DNA of 64,000 nt from Candidatus Calditenuis fumarioli (GTDB lineage: Archaea > Thermoproteota > Nitrososphaeria_A > Caldarchaeales > Calditenuaceae): positions 793,046-857,045 of the forward strand of contig JANVYR010000001.1 in assembly GCA_030059665.1 (NCBI GenBank). The letters are read 5' to 3'. Below the pieces are notes generated by a model. It searched no databases and had not been told where the DNA came from. It saw only the letters and a program-made list of their open reading frames with translations. Both the position numbers and the translations under genes were made by a program. Below, piece after piece: positions 27,368 through 36,237 of this stretch. Position 1 is the stretch's first letter. Every line of letters begins with the position of its first letter.

Positions 27368-28534
27368 ATGAGGACGGTCTACTTGGCCGGCGTGGGGTAC
27401 ACGAAGGTCTCCGAGCACTGGGACCGGTCCCTGACGGAGCTGGCCGCTGAGGCGGCGCTCGCTGCGGTGAGGGATGCCGGCGTCGAGCGGGTGGACGCGA
27501 TCTACTTCGCGAACGCGGCCGCAGAGATCACCTCGCACCAGATGGGGATCAGCGCGATCGTCTCAGAGGAGCTCGGTCTCTCCGGCGTTCCCTCCGTCAG
27601 GGTCGAGTGCGGTGAGGCCTCCGGGATGGCGGCGCTCTTTCAGGCACACGCGGCCGTCTCCTCGGGTTTGGCGGAGGTGGCCCTCGTAGTCGGTGCCGAA
27701 AAGCTCTCCGATCTGATGCCGGAGGAGTTCAACACGGTCTTCTCGATGACGCTCCCGTACGAGACGATGGGCTTCGCCGGCGTGACGCCCACCGCGATAG
27801 CGGCCCTGCTCTACCGCGTCTACATGGAACGCTATGAGGTCCCTCAGGAGTTCGTGGCCCAGTTCCCGGCACTGATGCACAGGAACGCGAAGGGGGTGCC
27901 CCACGCCCAGTTCCCGTTCGAGGTGAAGCTAGAGGACGTGCTCTCGTCCCCTCCCGTCGCCCCTCCTCTCAGGAGGCTAGAGTGCACCGCGCCCTGCGAC
28001 GGGGCCGCAGCGGTGGTGCTCGTCTCCGAGGAGTCGGTGGGAGGAGCGAGGTCGGGGACCGTCACGAAGCTCGCAGGCGTCAGCCTGAGGACCGATTACG
28101 CCTCGCCGTTCGATCGGGAGGACCCGCTCCACCTCTCATCGGTCGCGCTCTCGGTGGAGGAGGCCCTGCTACGGTCGGGCATCGACCGCGATGAGCTGGA
28201 CGTCCTCGAGCTCCACGATTCCTTCTCGATCATGGCTCCTCTGGTGCTGGAGAGCGCCGGTTTCTCTCCGAAGGGGAGGAGCGGCCTCGAGCTGAAGGAG
28301 GGGAGGTTCGAGCTCGGAGGGGAGCTTCCCATCAACACCTTCGGCGGGCTGAAGGCGAGGGGTCATCCTTTCGGGGCATCTGCGCTCTACCAGGTCGCGG
28401 AGCTCCACCTCCAGCTCACAGGGAGGGCGGGGAAGAACCAGCTGGACAGGGCCAAGAGCGGCATGGCGGTCTCCACCACCGGGTTCGGAGCCCTGTCGGG
28501 TGCGGCAGTCCTCATCGGAGGTGACAGCGCGTGA
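27368..28534 (+). CDS. Acetoacetyl-CoA thiolase (archaeal)
   Basis: VRVECGEAS catalytic Cys, DGAAA, ELHDSF, NTFGGLKARGHP. Confidence 0.92.
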   Translation: MRTVYLAGVGYTKVSEHWDRSLTELAAEAALAAVRDAGVERVDAIYFANAAAEITSHQMGISAIVSEELGLSGVPSVRVECGEASGMAALFQAHAAVSSGLAEVALVVGAEKLSDLMPEEFNTVFSMTLPYETMGFAGVTPTAIAALLYRVYMERYEVPQEFVAQFPALMHRNAKGVPHAQFPFEVKLEDVLSSPPVAPPLRRLECTAPCDGAAAVVLVSEESVGGARSGTVTKLAGVSLRTDYASPFDREDPLHLSSVALSVEEALLRSGIDRDELDVLELHDSFSIMAPLVLESAGFSPKGRSGLELKEGRFELGGELPINTFGGLKARGHPFGASALYQVAELHLQLTGRAGKNQLDRAKSGMAVSTTGFGALSGAAVLIGGDSA

Positions 28535-28938
28535 GGCCCGGCATACGTCCCCAGGAGCACTGGCGCTCGAAGAGGTTCAGGTACATGCTGGAGGTGCTCA
28601 GGTGTGCCAACTGCGGCACCGTCAACGCCACCCGCAGGTCAGTCTGCCGTCGCTGCAGGTCCACCTCCCTCGTCCGCGAGAGGCTTCCAGAGAGGGCCAG
28701 GCTCTTGGCCTTCACGGAGGTCAAGTCCGCGACCGACGTGCACGACGAGATGGCTCCCTACCTGGTGGGCCTGCTCGAGTTCGAGGACGGCACGAGGATA
28801 GTGGCGCAGCTGACGGACGCCGACTACGAGGAGCTCAGGCCCGGCATGGAGATGGAGATGGTCGTCCGGAAGATCGCCCAGGACGGCGAGTCCGGCGTGA
28901 TAGTCTACGGCTTCAAGTTCAGGCCCGTCGTCTCCTGA
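28531..28938 (+). CDS. DUF35 Zn-ribbon/OB-fold scaffold of the thiolase-HMGCS complex
   Basis: CANCG..CRRC followed by OB fold; GTGA overlap with thiolase. Confidence 0.92.
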   Translation: MRPGIRPQEHWRSKRFRYMLEVLRCANCGTVNATRRSVCRRCRSTSLVRERLPERARLLAFTEVKSATDVHDEMAPYLVGLLEFEDGTRIVAQLTDADYEELRPGMEMEMVVRKIAQDGESGVIVYGFKFRPVVS

Positions 28939-29020
28939 GCCACCGTCGCGGCCCTTCCGTTCTTCCGTCGCAGCGTCGCCTCGAAAGGCTCTTATCGTCA
29001 GCTGAGGGTTCGGGTAAAGA

Positions 29021-29704
29021 ATGCAGGTCCTGAAGGAGAGGGAGAGGAAGTACGTCCGGCAGCTCTTCGAGAAGGAGCTCTCGGGCGACGTCAGGCTAGT
29101 GGTCTTCACGCAGAAGTTCGAGTGCGAGGGGTGCGAGATCACCAGGAGCATCGCCGAGGAGCTGGCAGAGCTTTCGCCACACCTGAGCGTTGAGGTATAC
29201 GACTTCGAGGAGAACGCAGACCTCGCGAGGAAGTGGAAAGTCGACAAGATACCGGCGCTGCTCGTCTTCGGCAAGAGGGAGTACGGCATCAGGTACTTCG
29301 GCATGCCCACAGGGTACGAGTTCTCCGCCCTCCTGGACGACATAGTGGACGTCTCGAAGGGGAGGTCCAGGCTCTCGGAGGCCACCAGGTCTAGGCTCAA
29401 GGAGATCTCTGAGCCGGTTCACATCCAGGTCTTCGTGACGCCGACGTGCCCCTACTGCCCCAGGGCAGTCAGGACGGCCCACATGTTCGCGCTCGAGAAC
29501 GAGAACTTCGTGGGCGACATGATCGAGTCGCTGGAGTTCCCCCATCTGGCTAACAAGTACAACGTGATGGCGGTCCCGAAGGTGGTGATCAACGACACCC
29601 TCGCCTTCGAGGGGGCGGTTCCGGAGCACATCTTCCTTGAATACGTCCTTCACGCCCTGGAGCACGCGAGGGAGGGCCACGGACACCACCATCACGGTCA
29701 TTAG
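29021..29704 (+). CDS. Protein disulfide oxidoreductase (two thioredoxin folds) with His-rich tail
   Basis: CEGC and CPYC motifs, G.P.GYEF, VMAVPK; ends GHGHHHHGH. Confidence 0.92.
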   Translation: MQVLKERERKYVRQLFEKELSGDVRLVVFTQKFECEGCEITRSIAEELAELSPHLSVEVYDFEENADLARKWKVDKIPALLVFGKREYGIRYFGMPTGYEFSALLDDIVDVSKGRSRLSEATRSRLKEISEPVHIQVFVTPTCPYCPRAVRTAHMFALENENFVGDMIESLEFPHLANKYNVMAVPKVVINDTLAFEGAVPEHIFLEYVLHALEHAREGHGHHHHGH

Positions 29705-29728
29705 GAACGCGGTTCATTTCGGGGCAGG

Positions 29729-30382
29729 ATGGAGGCGAGGGTCCTCAGGGATGACGGGAAGTCGATCGAGCTGGAGCTGAAGGGCGTACCGCTCTCGATA
29801 GCCAACGCGATAAGGAGGCACCTGATCAACGAGGTACCCACGATGGCGGTCGAGGAGGTGATGGTGATCGAGAACTCCTCATCGGTTTACAACGAGGTCC
29901 TAGCCCACAGGATCTCGCTCATACCCTTCAAAACCGACCTGGACAACTTCGTGCTGCCGGAGGAGTGCGACTGCGGCAACAGGCTCGGTTGCGACAGGTG
30001 CGTGGTCAGGTTCTCGCTTAGGGCGAAAGCCGTCTCGGAGGTGGTCACGGTCTACTCGAGGGACCTGGTGAGGGAGACGGGGACGGAGGTGGTGGAGCCG
30101 GTGAGCGGGGACTTCCCGATCGTGAAGCTCGCGCCTGGTCAGGCGATCGAGATGGAGCTCTACGTCCGGCTCGGGACCGGAAAGAAGCACGCGAAGTGGA
30201 TACCCGGGATAGCCACGCTCTACGACGGCCCCGACGGTTCCAGGACGCTGTACTTCGAGTCCTTCGGGTTCCTCCCCCCTGCCAGGGCGGTTCTGGAGGC
30301 GGCGAAGATATTTGAGAAGAGGACCGGCGAGCTGGAGAGGGTCCTGATGGAGGCGTTGGGGGATGCCGGGAAGGAAGCCTGA
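29729..30382 (+). CDS. rpoD: RNA polymerase subunit Rpo3 (RpoD)
   Basis: ANAIRR..EVPTMAVE, NEVLAHRISLIP, PIVKLAPGQ, GTGKKHAKW. Confidence 0.96.
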   Translation: MEARVLRDDGKSIELELKGVPLSIANAIRRHLINEVPTMAVEEVMVIENSSSVYNEVLAHRISLIPFKTDLDNFVLPEECDCGNRLGCDRCVVRFSLRAKAVSEVVTVYSRDLVRETGTEVVEPVSGDFPIVKLAPGQAIEMELYVRLGTGKKHAKWIPGIATLYDGPDGSRTLYFESFGFLPPARAVLEAAKIFEKRTGELERVLMEALGDAGKEA

Positions 30383-30722
30383 GCCGACGAGGTACGCGCA
30401 TTTGGTCAGGGTCGTCAGCAGGCTGGCGGAGGAGAGCCCGTTCTGGGAGAGGGTGCTCGAGGAGCTGAAGAGGAGCAAGAGGTCCAGGAGGGTGGTGAAC
30501 GTGGAGAAGCTCAATCGGGTCACGAGGCCGAACGAGAGGGTGCTGGTCCTCGGGAAGCTGCTCGGGACCGGCAGGCTCAACCACCCGCTCACCGTGATCG
30601 CGTTCGACTTCTCAGAGGCTTCCTACAGGAAGGTCCAGGAGGCCGGTGGCACGCCGCTCTACCTCGACCAGTTCATAGCCTCGGGCAAACCCGACGTCTC
30701 CGGCATCAGGCTGGTGGGGTGA
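30363..30722 (+). CDS. rpl18e: 50S ribosomal protein eL18
   Basis: VNVEKLNR, VLGKLLGTG, FSEA..KV.EAGG. Confidence 0.93.
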   Translation: MPGRKPEPTRYAHLVRVVSRLAEESPFWERVLEELKRSKRSRRVVNVEKLNRVTRPNERVLVLGKLLGTGRLNHPLTVIAFDFSEASYRKVQEAGGTPLYLDQFIASGKPDVSGIRLVG

Positions 30723-31198
30723 TGGTGGTGAGCGCGGAGGACCTGGTGGTGATAGACGGCTCGAACCACAGGCTCGGCAGGCTCGCCTCCCGGGTGGCTA
30801 AGATGCTCCTAGAGGGGAAGAGGGTGGTGGTGCTGAACGCCGACAAGATCGTCATCACCGGCAGCAAGTCCGCAATCCTCGCCAGGTACCAGTACCTCCT
30901 CGACAGGACGTGGCTCTCCTCGATCGAGAGGGTCCAGGTTTGGAACCCGAGGAGGCCCGACAGGATCTTCTGGTACACCGTCCGCAGGATGCTGCCGAGG
31001 AAGAAGCCGAAGGGCAGGGAGGCCCTCTCCAGGCTGAGGGTCTACAACGGCGTGCCCGAGGAGTTCTCGAACTTCAAGGCCGTCACCGTCGAGGACGCGC
31101 TGCACAGGAGCGAGATCAGCCGCTCGGGCAAGCTGATCAAGTGGATGACGCTCGGCGAGCTCTCCAAGCTCATAGGCGGGAAGGTGAGAGCGGAGTAA
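30719..31198 (+). CDS. rpl13: 50S ribosomal protein uL13
   Basis: LGRLASRVAK.LLEG, PDRIFWYTVRRMLPRK, RLRVYNGVP. Confidence 0.94.
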   Translation: MMVVSAEDLVVIDGSNHRLGRLASRVAKMLLEGKRVVVLNADKIVITGSKSAILARYQYLLDRTWLSSIERVQVWNPRRPDRIFWYTVRRMLPRKKPKGREALSRLRVYNGVPEEFSNFKAVTVEDALHRSEISRSGKLIKWMTLGELSKLIGGKVRAE

Positions 31199-31202
31199 GG
31201 TC

Positions 31203-31601
31203 ATGCCCTCGCCAGAGCGCAATGCGATCGTGCTCCTCCTCAAGAAGAGCAGGAGGCATCTGGGACCGGATGAGGTAGTGGCGGTCCTCGGGGCCGTCGC
31301 GCAGATGGGTGAGGGGCCCTTCTCGCTGAGGGAGCTGAGGAGGTACCTCCCCGAGAGGATGGTCGCGAAACGTAACGTGATGAGGAGCGTGGGCGCTCTG
31401 CTCCAGACCCTCGTCTCCATCGGCTACCTCGAGCGCTTCAGCCAGCGGAGGTACAGGAAGAGGTACGAGAGCCTAGCGCACTACCTCATGTCGCAGGTCA
31501 TGGAGCTAGCCAACCTCGAGACCTCGGCTGTCCAGCAGCCCCAGCAGGAGGAGAAGGTGCTGAGGGTTCTGGGCTCCAAGAAGGCAGGCAGATCTGGCTG
31601 A
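31203..31601 (+). CDS. Hypothetical protein, probable winged helix
   Basis: FSLRELRRY...LQTLVSIGYLERFSQRRYR helix-wing pattern; host-like codon usage. Confidence 0.55.
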   Translation: MPSPERNAIVLLLKKSRRHLGPDEVVAVLGAVAQMGEGPFSLRELRRYLPERMVAKRNVMRSVGALLQTLVSIGYLERFSQRRYRKRYESLAHYLMSQVMELANLETSAVQQPQQEEKVLRVLGSKKAGRSG

Positions 31602-31722
31602 CCGGCGGGGAGCGTCGCCACAACCCTGCCGTTCGCACGTCCTCCAACCGAGCCCAGACGAGGCACGGGCCGGTACGATGCCGAGATGAGCTTTATTCCA
31701 AAGCGGACCATATCAGTGGTGA

Positions 31723-32391
31723 GTGGGGTTGGCGTTCACCGGTCGTCAGAAGCTTGAGGACGTGAGGAGGCTCGTGCTGATGCTGGCGAAGGACCACACG
31801 AGGAAGTCCCTGCTCGCGGTGAAGACCCTGGCGCAGATACTCGAGGGTATCCGTGAAGGCGTACGGGAGGAGCAGGCGTTCAGCTCGAAGTACGCCGAGA
31901 TACTGAAGATCGACGACGAGTGCAAGGAGCTGAGGCTCCAGGCCGAGAGGGGGGTCCTCGAGATAGGGGCGCTCCTGGCGGAGCGGGGCGAGTACATCAG
32001 GTTCCTCGGGTGCATCGACCGGATACCTGACAGGATCGAGGGAGCGGCGTACAGGCTGCTGGCCCTGACCAAGATCTCGTATCCGAGCGGGGACGTGGTG
32101 ACGGCGATCCAATCGATACTCGAGAAGGTCCGGGACTCGGTCGAGTCGCTCAACCGCGCCATCACGGCCCTCGAGATGGACTCGGGCCAGGGCCACAGGC
32201 TGCTGAGGGAGGTCTCGGAGCGCGAGAGGGAGGTCGACGAGGTCTTCAGGAGGGTGACGGTTGAGCTGCTGAGGAAGGAGCTCCCGCTGCCGCAGCTTTT
32301 GCTGGCAAGGGAGGTCATCGACATGCTCGAGTCCGTCGCGGACACCACCGAGGAGGCGGCCAACGTATTGACCGTGCTCTACCCTGCCTGA
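31723..32391 (+). CDS. DUF47 family (PhoU-like phosphate transport regulator)
   Basis: Two helical repeats with ECKELR...DRIPDRIE and EREVDEVFR...LESVADTTEEAA. Confidence 0.85.
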   Translation: MGLAFTGRQKLEDVRRLVLMLAKDHTRKSLLAVKTLAQILEGIREGVREEQAFSSKYAEILKIDDECKELRLQAERGVLEIGALLAERGEYIRFLGCIDRIPDRIEGAAYRLLALTKISYPSGDVVTAIQSILEKVRDSVESLNRAITALEMDSGQGHRLLREVSEREREVDEVFRRVTVELLRKELPLPQLLLAREVIDMLESVADTTEEAANVLTVLYPA

Positions 32392-32963
32392 TGCCCTTGT
32401 CCGGAGGAAACCCGAGGCCGCGCTTCAGGGGCGTCTACGTCCAGGGGAGCGTGGTCGTTCTCGACCCAGATATGGCAAGGGAGCTCTACTCGCTGGGTTA
32501 CTACGGGAAGCCGCTCGGCGTTCCGAAGCCGAAGGGGGCTGACTTCGAGGCTCCGCTGGTGATGGACCTCATAGAGGCCAGGTACCTCGTCGAGTCGGGT
32601 CTCCTTGAGGTCTACAGGGACGGCCGCAGGATGAGCCTGGAGGAGCTGGTGGAGCTGGGGAGGAAGCATTACAGCAGGTACGACGAGCTCTGCGCCGTCT
32701 ACACCGACCTCAAGAGGAGGGGGTTCTACGTCACCAGCGGGATCAAGTTCGGCTCCGACTTCGCAGCGTACATTTACGGCCCTGGAATAGACCACGCGCC
32801 GTTCATCGTCCTGGTGAGGAGCCCAGATGACGTCCTCTCCGCGAGCGACCTGATAAGGGCCGGCAGGCTCTCGCGCTCGGTGAGGAAGAGCTTCCTGATA
32901 GCAGTGCCAGACACCTCCACGGGAAGGGTCAGGTACGTCTCCGTGAACAGGGCCGAGCTCTGA
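32391..32963 (+). CDS. endA: tRNA-intron endonuclease, catalytic subunit
   Basis: LDLIEARYL, VYTDLKRRGF.V.SGIKFGSDFAAY, GIDHAPF, SVRK catalytic Y/H/K. Confidence 0.93.
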   Translation: MPLSGGNPRPRFRGVYVQGSVVVLDPDMARELYSLGYYGKPLGVPKPKGADFEAPLVMDLIEARYLVESGLLEVYRDGRRMSLEELVELGRKHYSRYDELCAVYTDLKRRGFYVTSGIKFGSDFAAYIYGPGIDHAPFIVLVRSPDDVLSASDLIRAGRLSRSVRKSFLIAVPDTSTGRVRYVSVNRAEL

Positions 32964-33058
32964 GGGGGCCCTCGCCGATACCTGGGTATTCCTTCCGTAT
33001 TGGCCGGTCTCCGGTCTCCTCGGAAGGCTTACCGCATGGGTTGCAGGTTGGCGGTCGG

Positions 33059-33463
33059 ATGAGGACCTTCGCCGTCTCCGTCAGGAGGGGGGAACTGGAG
33101 GTCAGGGTCGAGGGCGGATCCGCGGAGGAAGTCATCTCGGCGCTTCCTGAGCTGAGGCGGATCCTCGAGGCAGCGACGGCCGAGCTGAGGCCCCAGCCCT
33201 CACCGGGTGCCCCGACGGTCCCATCGAAGAGGAGGGGCAAGTCGGAGGCTGTACTGGCGCTCGAGATCATCGAGACGCAGCTGATACCCTCCGGCTTCTT
33301 CTCGTCGCCGAGGTCCACCAAGGAGGTCAGGGAGGAGATCCAGCGCCTCAGCGGCCTCAAACTCCAGAGCCGGAAGGTCAGCCAGGCCCTCGGGGTGCTG
33401 TACGAGAAGGGCGTCCTCAGGCGGACCGGACCGAGGGGAGACTACAGGTACTTCTCGGTCTGA
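33059..33463 (+). CDS. Hypothetical protein with C-terminal winged helix
   Basis: FFSSPRSTKEVREEI...VSQALGVLYEKGVLRR.G....YRY. Confidence 0.6.
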   Translation: MRTFAVSVRRGELEVRVEGGSAEEVISALPELRRILEAATAELRPQPSPGAPTVPSKRRGKSEAVLALEIIETQLIPSGFFSSPRSTKEVREEIQRLSGLKLQSRKVSQALGVLYEKGVLRRTGPRGDYRYFSV

Positions 33464-33529
33464 CGTGCTCCATCCGCCATCGTTCCCCGGCGAGACCGTT
33501 TTAACCAGCGAGGCGCTGGTTGAGCTGGC

Positions 33530-34327
33530 ATGTCCCTGCTGCTGAGGAAGAGGGGCTTCCCGAAGGAGGGGGAGCTGGTGGTGGCAACGGTCAAGGAGAC
33601 CTTCAAGCACGGCGCCGTGGTGACGCTCGACGAGTACGGCGACCTGGAGGCCTTCGTTCACATCTCCGAGGTCTCGCTCAAGTGGGTCAGGAACATCTCC
33701 GACTACCTGAGGGTAGGTCACAAGACCGTGTTGAAGGTGATCAGGAGCGATCCCGAGAAGCTCCAGGTCGACGCCAGCCTCAGGAGGGTCTCGAAGAAAG
33801 AGCAGGCGGAGAAGATGATGGAGTGGAGCAGAAGGGTCAAGGTCTCGAAGATGATCGAGGCCGTCATGAAGGAGACCGGGACACCGCTTGAAACTGTAGT
33901 CTCGGGCCTGATCGAGCCCGCGCTGGACAGGGGCAGGGAGGTTCACGAGCTGCTGGAGGAGGTGGCGTCCGGTGAGGAGCTCCCGAGCTGGGTGAAGCTT
34001 CCTCCGGAGTTCGCGGAGAGGCTGGTCGAGCGGGCCCGGAGGGAGCTGAAGAGGCCGACGTACGTCGTGAAGGCGGTGGTGAAGATGACCTCGAGGTTCG
34101 GTGGGGTCGAGAGGCTTAGGAAGGCCGCGGAGGAGGGCATGTCGGTCGGTAACGGTCAGGTGAGGATCACGCTGATCGGCTCACCGCGATACATGATCAG
34201 GGTCGAGGCGGGGGACCGGCAGCAGGCCGAGGAGATGCTGTCGCAGGCCATCGAGCGGATGAAGTCCGTCCTCTCCGGGCCCGGTGACGAGCTGGTGGTC
34301 GTCGAGGGGCCGGGTGGTGGCTCCTGA
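33530..34327 (+). CDS. eif2a: Translation initiation factor 2 subunit alpha
   Basis: FPKEGELVVATV S1 domain, LDEYG..AFVHISEVS..WVRNI, DASLRRV, GSPRY. Confidence 0.95.
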   Translation: MSLLLRKRGFPKEGELVVATVKETFKHGAVVTLDEYGDLEAFVHISEVSLKWVRNISDYLRVGHKTVLKVIRSDPEKLQVDASLRRVSKKEQAEKMMEWSRRVKVSKMIEAVMKETGTPLETVVSGLIEPALDRGREVHELLEEVASGEELPSWVKLPPEFAERLVERARRELKRPTYVVKAVVKMTSRFGGVERLRKAAEEGMSVGNGQVRITLIGSPRYMIRVEAGDRQQAEEMLSQAIERMKSVLSGPGDELVVVEGPGGGS

Positions 34328-34506
34328 GCGTCCTGAGGAAGTGCACCTCCTGTGGCAGGTACACGCTCCGCGACGTCTGTCCCGCCTGCGGCTCACCGAC
34401 CAGGTCCGCGCATCCGCCGCCCTTCAGCGAGGGCAGCCCGAGGCTCGAGGTCCTCGTTAGGGCGCTGATCGAGGGCCGGAGGAGACCGAATCAGGGGGGA
34501 TCTTGA
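34324..34506 (+). CDS. nop10: H/ACA RNP protein Nop10 (missed by the ORF track; CTG start)
   Basis: Manual translation (L/M)SVLRKCTSCGRYTLRDVCPACGSPTRSAHPPPFS...; canonical position after aIF2-alpha. Confidence 0.92.
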   Translation: MSVLRKCTSCGRYTLRDVCPACGSPTRSAHPPPFSEGSPRLEVLVRALIEGRRRPNQGGS

Positions 34507-35063
34507 GCGCGGGATCCTCGGGCTGGGTTTTCGACCTCTTCGCGGCCGTCGCCTCCCTGAAGGCCCTCCGCAGGAAGGGCTGGGAGCTGAGGGGCGTCAG
34601 GGACCCCGAGAGCGTCGCCGACCACTCCCTCTCGGTGGCGGTCCTTTCGGTGGCCCTCGCAGCCGCACGGGGCCTCGATCCGGGAAGGGCAGCGTTGATC
34701 GCCGTCCTGCACGACCTGGCCGAGTCGGTGACGGGCGACCTCACGCCCGCCGAGAAGGCAGAGCTCGGGTCGGAGAGGTTGGACCGGTTGGAGAGGGAGG
34801 CGCTCGACAGGGTCCTAGGAGGGGCTCCGGGAAGGGTCAGGGAGACGATCCTCAGGGCGCTGAGGGAGTACCGCGACGGTTCGAGCGAGGAGGGGAGGCT
34901 GGTGAGGGACGTGGACAAGCTGGAGATGGCCCTTCAGGCCCTCCTCTACCGGGACCAGCTGGGAGACTCGGGCGTGGCCGAGTTCGTTTCATCCGCGCTC
35001 AGAGAGGTCTCGGATCCGGAGATCAGGTCGCTCATCGAGGAGGTGGTGGGCGATGGCCCGTGA
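34503..35063 (+). CDS. HD-domain 5'-deoxynucleotidase (YfbR/HDDC2-like)
   Basis: RKGW..ESVADHS, HDLAESVTGD, DVDKLEM. Confidence 0.88.
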   Translation: MSAGSSGWVFDLFAAVASLKALRRKGWELRGVRDPESVADHSLSVAVLSVALAAARGLDPGRAALIAVLHDLAESVTGDLTPAEKAELGSERLDRLEREALDRVLGGAPGRVRETILRALREYRDGSSEEGRLVRDVDKLEMALQALLYRDQLGDSGVAEFVSSALREVSDPEIRSLIEEVVGDGP

Positions 35064-36111
35064 CGTGACGAGCTTCTACCTCAGCAGCAAGGAGTTCCTC
35101 GCGAAGTACCCCTTCCACTCGAGGGCCAGGGGGTATGTGACGCTAGCCGACCTCTCCGTGGACGAGCTGGTCAGGGGAGGTGGGGAGCTCGTGGTCGCCG
35201 AGAGGAGGATAGTTCGGGCGCTGGAGCGCGGTGAGGACGCGGGGGCCGTGATGCACTCCGATGACCCCGACGAGGAGATCGTGAGCTTCCCGATGGCAGT
35301 TCTCCTGGCCGCTGCGGTCGGAGACAGGTGGTTGCAGAGGAGGTTGGCTCTGTACGAGTCGAGGAGGGCCGAGGCCTTCCTCCAGTCGGACGACGACGCG
35401 GCCCTGCACGAGGTTCTCAGCGACCTGGGTATCACGGCATCGAGGTGCGGGCGTGACGAGGAGGACAGGACCGGATATCCGTACAAGATCTCGGTCGCAG
35501 ACTACCTGCGGCTGATCAGGGGACTCGACGGCGCGGAGTGGAGGCTGGTGAACAGGACCGTGTGGCGAGGCTGGGTCTTCACGACGAGGTCCGAGCTGGT
35601 GAGGCTGGTCGCCGAGGAGATAGAGTCGAGGATCCTGAGGCGGCTCGAGGAGGTCAAGGTGCCCAGGGTTCCGGAGCAAATCAGGGAGGTCGTCGAGAGG
35701 ATCAGGGGGATGCTGGCGTCGAGGTACGCCAGGAGGCTGCCCTCCGCGGAGGTCTCGAGGGACGAGGCGACGTGGCCTCCCTGCATGCTGGCGCTTAAGA
35801 GCGCGCTGCTCTCGGGCTCCAAGGTCGGTCACTTCGGGAACTTCGCCTTCGCGGCCTTCCTCCTCTCCGCTGGGTACAGCGTCGAGGACGTGGTCTCCTT
35901 CTACGCCCAGAGGCCGGACTTCAACGAGAGGATCGCGCGCTACCAGGTGGAGCACATAGCTGGCATGAGGGGTTCGAGGACCAAGTACTCGGTGCCCTCG
36001 TGCCAGACGATGAGGGCCCACGGTCTCTGCATAGAGGACGGTAGGCTGTGCCCCAAGGGGATCAGGAACCCGAGGCAGTACGCGCGGTTGAGGGGAAGGA
36101 CCACCGGGTGA
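35053..36111 (+). CDS. priL: DNA primase large subunit
   Basis: KYPF, WRLVNR.V.RGWV, WPPCM, H..NF, RYQVEHI.G, YSVPSC, GLC Fe-S domain. Confidence 0.92.
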   Translation: MARDVTSFYLSSKEFLAKYPFHSRARGYVTLADLSVDELVRGGGELVVAERRIVRALERGEDAGAVMHSDDPDEEIVSFPMAVLLAAAVGDRWLQRRLALYESRRAEAFLQSDDDAALHEVLSDLGITASRCGRDEEDRTGYPYKISVADYLRLIRGLDGAEWRLVNRTVWRGWVFTTRSELVRLVAEEIESRILRRLEEVKVPRVPEQIREVVERIRGMLASRYARRLPSAEVSRDEATWPPCMLALKSALLSGSKVGHFGNFAFAAFLLSAGYSVEDVVSFYAQRPDFNERIARYQVEHIAGMRGSRTKYSVPSCQTMRAHGLCIEDGRLCPKGIRNPRQYARLRGRTTG

Positions 36112-36237
36112 GGGGCCGAGGTCGAATCCTGCAGAAGGGATCCGCTCGCTCGGTAAGGGTGAGGTGGGAGCGCGAGGCATCAGCTTTGCCGGTGCGGAAC
36201 CAGGTTCATATGAGGCTCCTCGCCTTCCTTCACCGGG

